NCBI GenBank assembly: GCA_973895155.1
Contig: OZ316892.1
Location: 8,291,251-8,355,250, forward strand
Reading direction: 5' to 3'
Length of the DNA stretch: 64,000 nt
From: Marsupella aquatica
Lineage: Eukaryota > Plantae > Marchantiophyta
Both the position numbers and the translations under genes were made by a program. Below, in pieces: positions 12,692 through 25,684 of the stretch (positions are counted from its first letter, which is position 1; every line of letters begins with the position of its first letter). The notes below the pieces were generated by a model, which ran no database searches, was not told the origin of the DNA, and worked only from the letters and a program-made list of their open reading frames with translations.

Positions 12692-15600
12692 ATGGATCCG
12701 GGGCTGGCGACTTCCGAGGATGGGACCTCCCTTGCCTCCGCTCTGGTGGCGGAGCAGTCTCCAGCCTCCTCTTTTGCAGCTGGAGACCAGACTGTGTGGG
12801 CCGACGCCACAGGATATTTTTCGGCTGTTTGTGATGGTACGGACTTTTTCCGCTACCCTGTCCACTTCTTTCGCCTTGAAATTTCTTCGCACTCATTTCG
12901 TTGGTAGGGCATTTCGCCGACCTCGTTGGACAACCAGAGCCGCTCAAAGTCAAGACTCGCTGGCTAGTCGGTCCTTTCATAAGACGACGGGATTTTTAGA
13001 CGGAAAGTTTGGATTAATTTGCTGGTGCACAGCACAAGGGTAACGGTGTGCACCAGTGTAAATGCAGAGAAAGCTACGAGAAATTTGCTGGATTGCATTG
13101 TGAACTTATGCTTGAGTTCAGTTTTCTCTGGTTTCTTGCCTATGTTGGTGTTGTGTGAGTGAAGCACGAATTTAATAAATCATGAGAAGGGGTAGGTCTT
13201 GACTGTGACCTGAATTTGGTACGTTCGGTTACATTGGAACTTGTCGAGTGTATTTATTTACATTACGATGGACATTCATGGTTTAGGCTTCAATTTGTAG
13301 TCGTTGAAATGTCTACCTGTTTCTCGTTGTGAATATGTTGGAATGATCATAATGTGGTTTTTCGTTTACAGAGCTGACGGTTGGGGAGCTCATTCATGGA
13401 GAAAATTTTAGCTTGTTTGAAGCCATGTCCGCTCTTGAGGTATACAGTCGTGGTCTCCTTTCCGATAGCCTTTTAACTGGTCCACGCTTGATCAGGTGTT
13501 GGAAAGAATTTGTAGCCTAATCTTAAAATTAGGCTAATTTGTCCATGGTAAATTTGTCCAGGCAGCTTTCTTCTCGTTGCCACTATCGGATCGTTTTATC
13601 TCAGCATTCTTATAAAGTGGAGAGATTCATTTTTTTGGGCATATAGTTAATGTAATCACACTCCATCTGCTGCATTTTTTCTAAGTGGCTTGTCTATCTT
13701 GCTAGGAATGGCCGCTGTATGGTCGTTGTTTTGCTTTCGTTCCTTTTTCTCCGCTGACTTCTTCCGCACGCCATTCATTGTTTTGGAATTTTCCGTTGAG
13801 AGCTAAAGTCCCCCTTTTAGGGTTCCGGATCATATTGTTGATTCGCTGTCACGTCATAAAATGCCACTTTCTGACATATGTATGTTCATGTTTGTGTCCC
13901 TAAGTTTCTGCGTTGACCGTTTTGGTTAATTATAATTCGTAACGTGTCTTCCAGGAAAGACAATGGATTGCATATTTATTCCTTTCATGGTTTTGCTTGT
14001 AGATCATGGATCCCAAGATGGATGCTGGCATGACTACAACAGGTTACAAAACCGTGGAAGAAGCAATAGAGAAGGGTGCTGCGCCCATAGTTTTGACCAT
14101 CCCCCAAATCATAGATGTTATGGATCATTTATTATCTTGTGAGGTAATGCGTCATTTCCTACGTAGCTGGATTACTTGCGGATTGTGCGTAGTGAAGATG
14201 GGATATGATAAATTTGACTGACAGGTTTGTACTGCGTCGTTAATTTGGATTTTAGGGCATAGTCTGAATTGCACTTGGCTTTGACAGGCTACATGGCACA
14301 AGGGACATTCTCTGGCACAGACAGTGTTCTCATGCCTTTACATGCTGAAGCTGGACCGCACAATTCCGAATGCATTATTACATGCATACTGCAAAATTAC
14401 TCGAGCTACGTGCAGTTTGGTTCGAACTGCGGTGGCTTTGGCCGATATTCATGAGGTACTCAATTTTTTGCTTGAGTTGAGTCACTGTAAGCATCAGGAG
14501 TTTCTATTACGGGGATCTTTCATCACAACTGCTAGGAAATGAAAGGTAAATTAAGTCAAACAAAAGATGTGGGAACATCTTGTCTGATTGTGTAAAGTTG
14601 TCTTTACTGATATCTTTGGCTTGCAATTTTGAAAACTCGTAATAGGAAGAAGATTTTGTCACTTTTGGATTTGGTCTCCCTTTGGAGGGGGAAGGTGACA
14701 GCAAGTGCTTGGCTACATTGAATGCTGTGGAAGAACATTTGGCACGGCAATTGCGTGGCTGCAAGGGTGCCGGAACAGCAAAGAAGAAAGTTACTGAAGG
14801 TGTGCACCCATTAATTTAAATATCTATATCTTGATGGAGAAACAGTTTTCAATGCCAATTGGATGACGCGTCCCTTACGACGTGGTATACGACTCTGATG
14901 CTAAATTTGGGACCTGCTTAATTCATCATATGACCGCGGGAGTTTTGAAGGAGATGGGACACTCCGCATTTCACTTCAGCACTAAAGTAGCATCATTTTC
15001 GTTTGCTCCCCATTATGGCCCCCATTACTTAACTGCGTACTCTGTTTCCGCTGGCAGAAGTTGAGCCATTGCAAGATAATCCAGCTTTGGAAGAGGACTT
15101 CTGTGAAGCAGTCTTGTGCAGGCTTCGGTTTCGGAAGGTTGAATTCTGCCGAAAACATCTTACATTTTGCTAGTCTAGACACATCTGTCTTTCACTTAGG
15201 GAATCTATTTCTGTCGTTGGTAGCGGACCTTCCATCGTTGGGTTGGCCACATTGCTGCTCTGCTTTGATGTGTTCGTTTGATGGCTTGTTGAGCAGGCTT
15301 TGTACCATACTCTTGTGTACATGGACAAGCCGATGGGTAGAGGCCTGGAGATGGCTCAGAAGCATATTGTCAGAGCCCTGGCCGAGCTCTCAGCCATGCA
15401 GGCGTCATCGAATTTTCTTTCTTCCCGCAGAGAGCGAAAAGAACCTGTGGATACTGCTTCCACGGCTTCTGGGCAGCCTGCAATAGGTTTTGATGAAAGT
15501 GTGAATGGGAGGCTGCTAGCTCCGACCCCTCCACGATCCATTAAAATTCTTAGCTGGATTGAGGTGAGTACATTCGGTTTTGACGGTTCATATAATACCA

Positions 15601-18600
15601 AGAGATATGGTTGTATTGAAGAGGTAGACGTTTCCTTTCCATTGGCATGGAGAAAGATAGGACGCCTGAACTGGTCATTTGTCTTGATCTAATCGAGCAA
15701 AATATCGTGTGTTGGTTTGTGAGCATCCTGAGGGAAGTGGGCTGACTATAAGTATTAACGTGCTTTTGGTGGACAGACGTTGAAATATTTTGAGCAACTC
15801 CTCAATGATTTTCATCGCATATGCTCCTTGTCATCTGATTTGGAAATTGAAGAATTATTCCAGTATATTGTGGACTTCCAAAAATCTCGCCCAGACCTTG
15901 TTGCTAGAGCTCATCTTCAGGTGTGTTTCGGATTTTGTTATGGACATTTCAATAATTCGAATGGTGCCGTTCTATTCTAGTGAGGTGCAAACATATATTG
16001 TGGTGTTTGAGTGCGTTCTACTTCAGGGTAGTGGTCGATATCCCTACACTCTTTACTTTAAGGTAGTTTAGCACTCGAAGTACCTTATGAGTTCTACTGA
16101 TGGAGCTTCTGCTTTGACCTTGATGTAGTTGATGTTACTGCAAGATGGGAAGCTTCTTGGTCGAGAGCCAGTCACGGATGCCCTTTACAAAGCAGTAAAG
16201 TTGTCTGGCGGCGACCCGTCAGGGCACATAGAAACGCAGAATTTTGTAACGCAGACTGCAAAAGTAACATTTCCAGCAACCTCGTTTTCGACATCTTGCA
16301 TGCTTTTTGATTTCTGCATGGGCGGCTATCCTAGACCATTGCAAGACTCGTGTTCCATGCTTTCTTACGAGATCGATTGTTATTTTCTTGAAATAGTTTA
16401 CCCTATTTTGTTATGTCTCAGAATCTTATCCCCATGTCTGTATTGGTTCACTGCAGTTAATTGTGCAGTTTATCAAAACAATGTGCACAAATCCTGCTTG
16501 GCAGCGACGCAAACTTGGAAGGGTTATTCTAGAGTGGGGTATGCTTCTAGAACAGGTGAAGAACTTTCTTGCATTGGAGTGAAAGTGCATGATGTTTCAA
16601 GATATTTCTTACGGTTGCAGCTCATAGATTTTCGGGAGGTGTAATTTCGACATAGTTTTGACTACGGCACTAAGGTGGATTTTGATGTTACTCTGTTGTT
16701 TATGTTTCTGTCCGGGTTTGCTGTTATGGCCTATGTTTGTACTGCGGATAGAATCTAAATGATTGATTTTTACACGTACTTGAGTGCTCGTAATTTGTCC
16801 AGGCAGAAACCGCCCGTGAGACTTCTATGCAGAGCTCTGCAGGAGGGCAGCAAGAGAAGGTATGCGACTATATTCTCTTGGCTTGCAACATAAATTCTCA
16901 GCTGGTCCTCAAGAATTCGTAGTACGGGTGGAGGACTCGTCCTTCCGATTGTTCAGATATGTTTAGAAAGTTGCTACTAATCATATTTTCATTGTAAATA
17001 GCAGTAGCAGTCAAGCTTGTACTCATATTAGTTCTTAGATAATAGTTGCAAGAAGAATATGAAAGAAGGATTACGTTTTCCAATTTCACTGACTAAAGTG
17101 AAAGAAAAGCTTTGGAAAATTGCTGCCTTTTCCACTCTTCTCGTTGTCAGCATGGCAGATTTTCTCAAGAATTGGAATCCTATAATCTCTAAACTTGGAA
17201 ACTATGATAAACGTTCGGGATACAAAAAACGCTTCAATTGCATTATGTCAATCAATCCATCCTGTCTACCATTGAAGAGTACGTCAATGATTATAAGGTA
17301 TGTTGTCTGGTCCTTGGTTCAGACTCGTTGGACAGATGACATGGTGATTGGTTGGGCAGCAGAGCAACTTTGCTGGATTGTTTCACACTATATGATGCTC
17401 GGCTTTGAGCTGGAACTGTATTCTCTTAATGAGTACTGCATGGTATACTGGTGCGTGTTTTTACTTTTGTAGTTTTACCTGATGATAGGAAACAAAATGC
17501 ATACTACAGTAGCTGGTGTCTTTGGCATTACTCAAAGTAACTACAAGATATCTTTCTTTGCTCTATATAAGAATTTAAATTAGCAGTCAAGTGCGGAATG
17601 TGCAGGGTCAAGCTGCCATTAATGACTCAGAAGGGAAAGAAAATAGATAGATGTCAGTAGTGTTGTGATCTAATATGTTTTCATGTCTCCTGACAGTGGA
17701 TGTGATTATTGAAAACGCAGGTACCTGGATCATGCGTTGCTGTCGTTGTTGCATTATAAGCTAGCTAAAGAGAGGCGGTTAAATGAGCTTCTCAAGGCCA
17801 ACGACACCTCGTCTGATTCAGGTGGTATTCATTTGGCTTTTACTCCACGTGCAATGGTTTTGCATTGACTATTCTCGAATACTTTCCTTCCTAAACAGTT
17901 GGAACAACTTGAACTGAAGTGAATACTACAATGTTTTTAACTGTAGATAAATAGTGAAATATGTATTGGAGTTTCTACATTTCTGCACAAAGATAAACAG
18001 CCTCGCTTTCTGAGTATTGTCAGGGCATTCCTACAATGAATTAAGTATAGAAGAGCATGAGGACAGGAAACACTACGGCTTGCATCCAAGAACCTAGAAA
18101 ATTGGGGAAGAGCCAGGTTAGACTGCATTCAGGACGAGTTCATGACTCTTTTCGTTGCCTCCATAGGCTTACACGGAAGACATCGCTTTCTCTGTTGTTA
18201 TCATCATCAGCCAAAAAGAAGGGGAAGAAGAAAAAGGGGGGACAAGTGAAGCCGTCTGCCAATAAGGAAGTCCGTTTCACTCCTAGCGTGCTGCTTCTTC
18301 AATGCTACAGTGATCTTGCCAAGGGATTCGTTTCGGTAAAGAGGCTACCCTAGTTGATTTTGAGATTGTTTCGAAATGCAAGACGGGTTTGGAGACCCAT
18401 ACTGTGATCATACAAATGCGCTTGTTTCGGGCAAGCCCTGTGAGTTGGTTTTGTATCTCAATCTTCTTTTTATAGAGTTATTGTCTCTTAAGTTGTTTTA
18501 CTAGGCATTGGGCTTTGCCAAGAAGAGAGCAACTGTGTTGGATGACATTCAGAGATATTTGTGGATTATGATTGAATTAGAGTTTTCGTGCAGATGCTTG

Positions 18601-19320
18601 CAGCTTTGACTGCAGACCGCAAGATAATCCATCGTGATACAATTTTTAACTCTGAGCTAGAGGTGACATGCCATGTGGCACTCTTTCTCCTTTTTATTTA
18701 GTTTTCTCATCGTTTCGTTGTCATAAGGTGAATGACTGTCGGTAAATTGGAGCCTAGCACTCCCGCAAAGAACTCTATGGGCCAACGCGATATTTCCGTT
18801 TTATCTACTAAAGAATTGACTTGTTTTGAATGTCTACAGAGGTTTATGCAAAGATTTGAGCTCTTTCACAGGATTGTGGTACCTGAGCCTATGACATATC
18901 TCGACTTTCGAGAGGCCACAAGGCACAAGCGGCAATCGGTAATAGTGCCTAGCTGACTTTCTATGCTTACAAGTTATGCTTAGTTGTTTCCCTGAAGAGA
19001 TGTCTAGTGTATTGTACAAAATAATCATGGAAAAGTGGGTGTGGCAGATTAAGGAACTTTATCAGGTGGCTTACGACCACTTCATGGCAGTGCAGCAGCA
19101 TGTCCAAGAGCTAACACAAGCAGTTGCCAAAGTCACTAAAATAGAAATAGTCAGCAAGGCTCAGAGAACCGTCGAAGCTCGACAATTGGAACAGGTTGCT
19201 CTGAGAAATCGTGTGGCCCTGCAGATCGCACACCAGGCAGGACCTGGGGACAACCTTCGGGTGTCTTTTGAGTTCTCCCAGCATCCCTGTTTTGCAGTAG
19301 CGGTTGTTAAAAAGCCTTGA
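12692..19320 (+). CDS. NAA35: N-alpha-acetyltransferase 35, NatC auxiliary subunit (MAK10); multi-exon
   Basis: Exon 1 12692-12836 (..VWADATGYFSAVCD), exon 2 13372-13439 (ELTVGELIHGENFSLFEAMSALE), exon 3 14003-14143 (IMDPKMDAG) and exon 4 from 14288 (ATWHKGHSLAQTVFSCLY). Later exons contain EEEDF, GFDESVNGRLLAPTPPR, LVARAHLQ, LGFELELYSLNEYCMVYW and RFMQRFELF. The last exon ~19048-19320 ends FEFSQHPCFAVAVVKKP*. These are Mak10-family signatures. Confidence 0.95.
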
Positions 19321-20038
19321 GTTATCATTTTTGCCTGTTGGCTTAGATCTAATTTTATTTAATTATTTAGGAAGGGTTCTCTCAACCCTGCGACGATAGG
19401 AAGGTGTATTCCAATCCATGTTAGGAGGTATTTTTTGAGTAAAGATTTAAGGGTGTTTGCAATTCATTTGTGTCGTTGCTCACCATGCGCTTGCGATGAT
19501 TTTACCAAATTTGGGATGTTTTCTATCATAGAAACTCTTTAATCACCTTCTTTGGTGATTTGCAACCATATGGTGTGCCGGAGGGCACTAGAGAAAGAAT
19601 CTACCTCGCAGCATGTCAGTCATACTTGAGAAAGACAGCAGTCCCCTTGTTTATAGCGATACTTCCTGTTAGAATAAATGTTGATTCTGGCCATCTTTCT
19701 GTGGAGGCTTTAGCTGTTCCTCTTTTGTCTCAACTCTCCTACATGCTAGCATTGGCTTCAGGTTTACTCCAACGAACAGAACGGATCCTGGGTGCCCAAC
19801 ATCCTATTTGTTGTGACTAACATCTGATGGACAAGAATCAAAACTGCTTTATTAATAATTGCACATCAATCATGTTTTAGATCGTACAAACGAGAGTAAA
19901 GCTTCTCCCAGGTTAGGAAAGCCTATAGTAGGTAGATATCCAACCTCTTCAATATGTGCCCTACACTTCTTTTCATCAAGCTTTTGGAGACAAAAGGATC
20001 ATCACTTCAATTGTTACACTCTTATCTATCCTTATCTT

Positions 20039-21706
20039 CTATGAGAATGTCAGTAGCCTCTCAAAACTGACGATTGGACCCGCAGAAACTAAATAAGCTG
20101 GGAGACGTTTCTTCTTCCGGAGTAAGGCTGTATGCAAGGTGATCTTTGCATCCCATTCTAGATGTTCCTGCTGTATTTCAGCACTTGGGTGCAGCTCCCA
20201 TGAGGCTTCTGCTACGAACGATGCTGGATGAATGTGCATATGATCTGGACGTATCCCCAGCAGTGGTCTAGAGCCCCACATAGCCGTATTGAATTGAAGT
20301 CTCCTGCCATTGAAATATCTGTGCAGTTCCCAAGTCCATGACACTGAGTTGGTGGCATTATCTCTCTGAGCAGGACTCCATCCATATGCAGGGGCACTTT
20401 GAGAAACAGTATTGCCAATTTCGTACGACACAGAAGCTTGCCTAGGACAGACTAAAGGGATCTGAGCTTTAAGGGAGGAATTTCGTTGCATCTCAAAGAT
20501 CTCGGGTGTATGGTGGGGCTGTAGCGACAGACGGTGGCAAGTGCTGATGGCTTTATGCTTCGAGCACGCTTCGATGAATATCTTGTAGATAAACACTGTT
20601 TTGCAATTGTTGTGACAGGATTGATTCTGAGTAGCGCAGTTTCGCGTGCAACAGTTAATCACACCAAAGTCCACCTGTTCCATGCTCAGTTGCACTGTTG
20701 TGATCTCCCGGCTCCTGTGTGAACACATTCACAGCCATAATGAACAGAGTTTCAATCAGAATGAACACATTCACAGCCATAATGAACAGAGTTTCAATCA
20801 GAATCGGACAGCATGTGTCACGGCATCTGTGAGGGCATTGTAACTTGGATAAGAAGAACACCCTGGGCTGGGCCGAACCCAATAAAAGCGTAGAATTGAA
20901 ACAGGATTCAGCACATTCCAGTAAAAAGGTAAGGAAGAGCAAGAAAGAAGCTGTTAGGCAGAGCATATATAAAAAGTAAGGAAGAGCTAGAAAGAACCTG
21001 TTGCGCAGTAAGTACATAGTATATATCAGACGCCAAAGAACCAAAAGGGCCTGGGCCCTACTATGTTGGGCAGAGCATATATAGCATATATATATATATA
21101 TATATCAGACTACTCAAAACAGAAAGCGCCTCGGCCCTACTAAGGACAGTGAATGCCTGTGTAGTGGTATGAAATTACGAACAATCAAGCTACAGCAAAC
21201 AAGTAAACATATCAGACTGCCGAAGAACAAAAAGCTCCTCGGCCTACTATGTGGGGGAAAACGTAATATGTTATATCTATATCAAACTGCTGAAAACAAA
21301 AAGCGCTTCGGCAGTACTAAGGACAGTGAATGCCTGAGTTCTGTGTACTCTTTAGTGGTGTAAGTGTGAACCTACGAACGATCAAGCTACAACAAAAATG
21401 TTGACAAGACTATGCAGACACTGTTTGGGCAGAACGTGCTAAAACAAATTCAAGGGCAGGCAGCACCCGGTAAAACTGTGGCGTGAGGATTCTGTTGACT
21501 GACCTTGTGCAAGCTAGGCGGAAAAAGAGTTCGGCAAAAGGTTCTCGGTCTGCTCCCGCCAAGCGGAAAGATTTGCCACTGCAGGTCAATTTTTGAAGCA
21601 GCCAGTTCCGGGTCCATTCACGGGCCCCCTGCGTTCGAAACGACATCGACTCGGCGCTCGCTCTCCTAGTCGGGTTTCCAGCGACATCATCTGATACAGC
21701 AACCAT
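20039..21706 (-). CDS. Unknown two-exon ~292 aa Cys/His/Trp-rich protein, paralogue 1 of 3
   Basis: Exon 1 21706-21504 (MVAVSDD..FFRLACT) and exon 2 20714-20039 join in frame through a phase-2 GT-AG intron. The same intron position occurs in the copies at 43.6-44.6 kb and 54.0-55.5 kb. Confidence 0.8.
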
Positions 21707-21882
21707 GGAGTGTCAGTCGTAACCAGTCACGACTTTGGCATTTTCCAAACACCACTACGGTCTCTTCTAATTAGAAAAAGCTCACATCGGATACAGCAAC
21801 CATGGAGTGTCAATCGTACCCAGTCACGACGTTGACATTTTCCAAACACCACTACGGTCTCTTCTAGTTAGAAAAAGCTCAC
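21693..21882. repeat. Tandem duplication (~98 bp) spanning the start codon region of paralogue 1
   Basis: gatacagcaaccatggagtgtca.tcgta.ccagtcacgac..tg.cattttccaaacaccactacggtctcttcta.ttagaaaaagctcac occurs at 21693 and 21791. Confidence 0.9.
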
Positions 21883-22057
21883 TGGAGTGAAATTTCTTGT
21901 CTGGAGTTTAAAACACAATTCGTGAATTGGATTGCCTATCTTGCGGAATGTCTCATGCTCTCTACAAATGACGTGCCTAGGGATCCATTAGACATGCAGA
22001 TCGCTATTATACCATCAAACTGGACCCGAACAGCAATTACCCGACGGAGCACACATG

Positions 22058-22303
22058 TTATCCAGCAGGCATCATTGAGCTAAGTAGAATGTAACAAGTA
22101 CCCGCAGGCAGAGCCACCGGCATGAGAAGAAGGGGAGCTTCAGAGGAGCGAGATTGACTTGTATTGTCGTTGACGGGAGCCGCACCAGCCATCACAGCTG
22201 CCACCACAAACCCAATGTACACAAAAACGGCCGCTGCAACCACAAAGGCAGCGCACAGGCGGGCCGAATCGTCGTCCATATTTCCAAGCATGCTGTGGTT
22301 CAC
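22058..22303 (-). CDS. Small single-transmembrane ORF, copy 1, upstream of paralogue 1
   Basis: MDDDSARLCAAFVVAAAVFVYIGFVVAAVMAGAA has a hydrophobic stretch. The frame is preserved in the duplicate at 55628-56026. Confidence 0.4.
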   Translation of the reverse strand: MNHSMLGNMDDDSARLCAAFVVAAAVFVYIGFVVAAVMAGAAPVNDNTSQSRSSEAPLLLMPVALPAGTCYILLSSMMPAG

Positions 22304-24557
22304 CTGGGAAGAAGATGAGTGAAGGGAATCTGAGCAACGGACATCTTGACTGAGAAATGGTGGCCGCCAGAGTCGGGCCGAATTATATAGAGCCTAATTA
22401 TCTAGCCTGCTGATTAATGCGCCAGACTTGCCTGATCACTCACGTTCTGAACATTCAAATTGAAATCAATTGACTTGGGAATTCGGGGACGTAGCATTCT
22501 AGCTCTCGTCAGCTCGAGCTAATGAATGCAACGCTGAGCAAAAGTACGTCAAATGGTGAGGATCAAGATTGGTGAGGGCGTGCGGTGTCCGCGAAATTGT
22601 CTCAGTTCGATCCAAGGTGCCACCGTCCACCTCCGAAACGACTGCAAATCACCAGATGCTCCGCTGGAGCAGATCTCTCTCCCCCTCTGTCTCTACGATC
22701 CTGGTCAATGAGTATGAGGGCGTGAACGGGGAAGAAAGCTGGTTGAAGTGGTTTCCAGGATCTCCACTCAGAATGTGATAACTTGGCGAGGGCATTATTG
22801 TCTATTTGTATTTCAACCTTCGGAGCAGGGGAGCAGCAGAAAACGGTGAGGGAGAGCAGGAGATCTCAGCGAGGGAGAGCAGGAGATCTCAGCGTGTAAA
22901 AATAATACGTCGTCCCGTTATCGAGGACCACGTGTAAAAATAATAGGTCGTCTGGGAGCTTTACCGGGTTGACTGGAGCTACAGTACACGGGACTGCGTA
23001 CAGTATGTAGAAGCTAGGCATAGACATCGAGCAGGAGACGCAGCTACAGTATGTAGAAGCTAGGCTTAGACATCGAGCAGGAGAGCTTTAGTTCTTCGTA
23101 TACTCCCATGATACGGCATTCGATCGGTCTAAAGAAATGGTCTTAGTTTTTTCGTAACTTTTTCACAAGATTCGAACGGTCTAACGAAACGGTCTAAGTT
23201 TTTTCCTAACTTTTTCACAAGATTATGTAGTTGTATTCCGGACAGCGCGAGGATAGAATCGTGCGACGATTTAGTGTGTGCAATGGCCCTCCAGTTTGCT
23301 TTGGTAAAAAAAACTCCCAAGTGCCCCCGACGTCTTGGAAAGTCCTCCTCAGTTTGTTCCGGCCAGCGCGAGGATGCGGACGCACGACACTAAAAATTCT
23401 GGCTCCCGGGTTCTGGCTGGAAGATGAGGTCACGGACGGGCTCAGATGGAGGTGATGACGCCATGACGGGACATAACTTGACGGTTCCTGTCGATGGGTA
23501 GGTCGTCGCCGTGGTCCGCATCAAGTAGGCCCTCGGAGATTCTGCCTGCTGTACTTGCCGTAGTGGAAAACTCACTTTCGCTCCGACGCCCGCTGAAGTA
23601 CTTCCCGGTGTAGCCGACGGGGGATATTTGAGACCCCCTAATAATAAGGGTTCGACGCCCGCCCGTCCCACCCTAGTGGGCCCCTGCATGCCGTCGGTCG
23701 GTCACTTGCTCGCGCTCATGCCCTTGAAACCTTCACTTTATTATTGAAGCTGGCAGACTGGGCGTGAAATGCTGTACACATTGTGATTTCTCAGTCAGTT
23801 TTGCTCTGATCCTTCTCCACTGGTCGTAACATTCGTGAACACTGTGGGCTGCGGCAAACACGATAATTTGCTGCTGGGTCCACCTCCATTGACGGCTCCA
23901 GGAGCTGCTGCCTCTGGCGGGAGCAAGGAGGGACGGCAAACTTTGTTGTATCGAATTACCTAGGCAAATAGAGTGGTGTGTTGTGGCAACGAATGGCGGC
24001 ACACGTGTCCGCTCTAGGTATCCACTATTCAACTCCTCCGGCGGGTGTATCAGATCAGATCCGGGCTGAATCGCTTATGGGCCGGTCTTGTGTGACAACA
24101 CGGTGCTCGTGAGTGCAGACCCTTTCCTGTTTCGGGGAGGCTCGTTGCCCTCACAATGTTTGGCCATTTTTATAATGTTTGGCCATTTTTATAATGTTTG
24201 GCGTATGGCCTTTGAAAGGGAAGAGTCATGACGAAGTAGACCCGAAGCTTACGAATAGAAACTAGAGTTAAGGTCAAGGCTTCTAGACAAGACCGAAGCC
24301 TGGCGAACAGAAAGTAGAGGTAAGGTCTAGGATTCTAGATTAGACGAAGGGCTGTCTTGCATGTATTGTCTCACAAGTTTCTGACCCTCACCACTCCCGA
24401 AGTATCGGTGACAAGCTGAGGCAAATCTCCCCACTCCCGGCTTACCCTGCTACGTGGGACCTACCAAAGCCTGTGCGGTCTTGCTTGTCGTTTCCGCATC
24501 TAGATTTTCCAGGGCTCTGCTGGGCATTGTTTCATTGTTTTATTCCAGTTTCAAGGT

Positions 24558-24802
24558 CTGGGACCTCAAGGGCCTGAAAATTTCCAGCCCTTGCCCAGGT
24601 TCTTCACTTTGTATGTCATCAGGCCTGCCTCGAGGGGAGGTTTGAGGCATACAAATCTCACTCAATGTTGGCATACCAGGTGGGACCTCAAGGGCCTGAA
24701 AATTTCCAGCCCTTGCCCAGGTTCTTCACTTTGTATGTCATCAGGCCTGCCTAGAGGGGAGGTTTGAGGCATACAAATCTCACTCAATGTTGGCATACCA
24801 GG
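24558..24802. repeat. Near-perfect tandem duplication of ~123 bp
   Basis: tgggacctcaagggcctgaaaatttccagccc...cactcaatgttggcataccagg occurs twice. Confidence 0.92.
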
Positions 24803-25627
24803 TGCTCAGTTCAGGGCCGGAAACTCAAGGACTCTGCACATGCAAGACGGCCCTAAAGCTTGTAGACCGTGAAGTTTGTAGACAATGCAACTAGAGACAA
24901 GGTCTTGGCAAACAGAAACTAGTTAAGGTTCAGGCTTCTAATTGCCGTACTATGAGCTGTTTCTAATGCAACTTTTCAGGAGCTCAATCCGCCGCATGTC
25001 AGTCTTTTGCAGTCTCCAACCTTTCCTGTTTTTTTAGGCTCGACCAGTTAGCTTTACTGATGAGTAAAAGAAACCACGCAGTCGACTCGTCTAAGATATC
25101 GCATCCCTATCTGATTCCTAACGTTTCCAGACTTCCAGCGTTAGTGGCTATATGCTAGAAATCACTCAGCCAGCACATGTACCTTGGACATTATCTTGTG
25201 ACTACTGGAGAGCAAATATGTTCATTGGAATCCTCTTTCAATCAATCTAAGGATGTCAAAAACCCCAGGAAATACACATATACGACTGCAGCGTGTTCCA
25301 TCAGTTTTAAAGCTTGTATAGAGGGAGATTTTGGCTGGATACCTTATTATAGTGGTTGATGTCATTTATCATCAGAGTGCCAAAGTACAAAGAGGCCAAA
25401 CCTGATACAGGATCCCAAAAGCGGGAAACCCAATACAGGAGGGGAAGGGAAAGCGATTGATCCCCGAGGGGGACAACGAGGCCCCACCAACCCAAGAGGC
25501 CAAAACAAACTGACAAGAACAACTAACTAACAAATTAAGTAGTGGTTTGACAGCGTCCTTAGTTTGTTTCGAGAGAACGAGAAGAACCAGGAGAACGAAG
25601 AGACCGAAGAGCAGCGGACTAAGAAAA

Positions 25628-25684
25628 GAAGGGAAGGGAAGGGAAGGGAAGGGAAGGGAAGGGAAGGGAAGGGAAGGGAAGGGA
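25628..25684. repeat. (GGGAA)n microsatellite
   Basis: About 11 perfect GGGAA units. Confidence 0.95.

Larger units (their letters stand above)
19900..22680. repeat. Segmental duplication block A, copy 1 (direct copy at ~53880-56310)
   Basis: Colinear similarity from catcaagcttttgg..aaaggatcatcacttcaat through the two-exon gene and the TM ORF to aaatggtgaggatc.agattggtgagggc. Confidence 0.9.
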
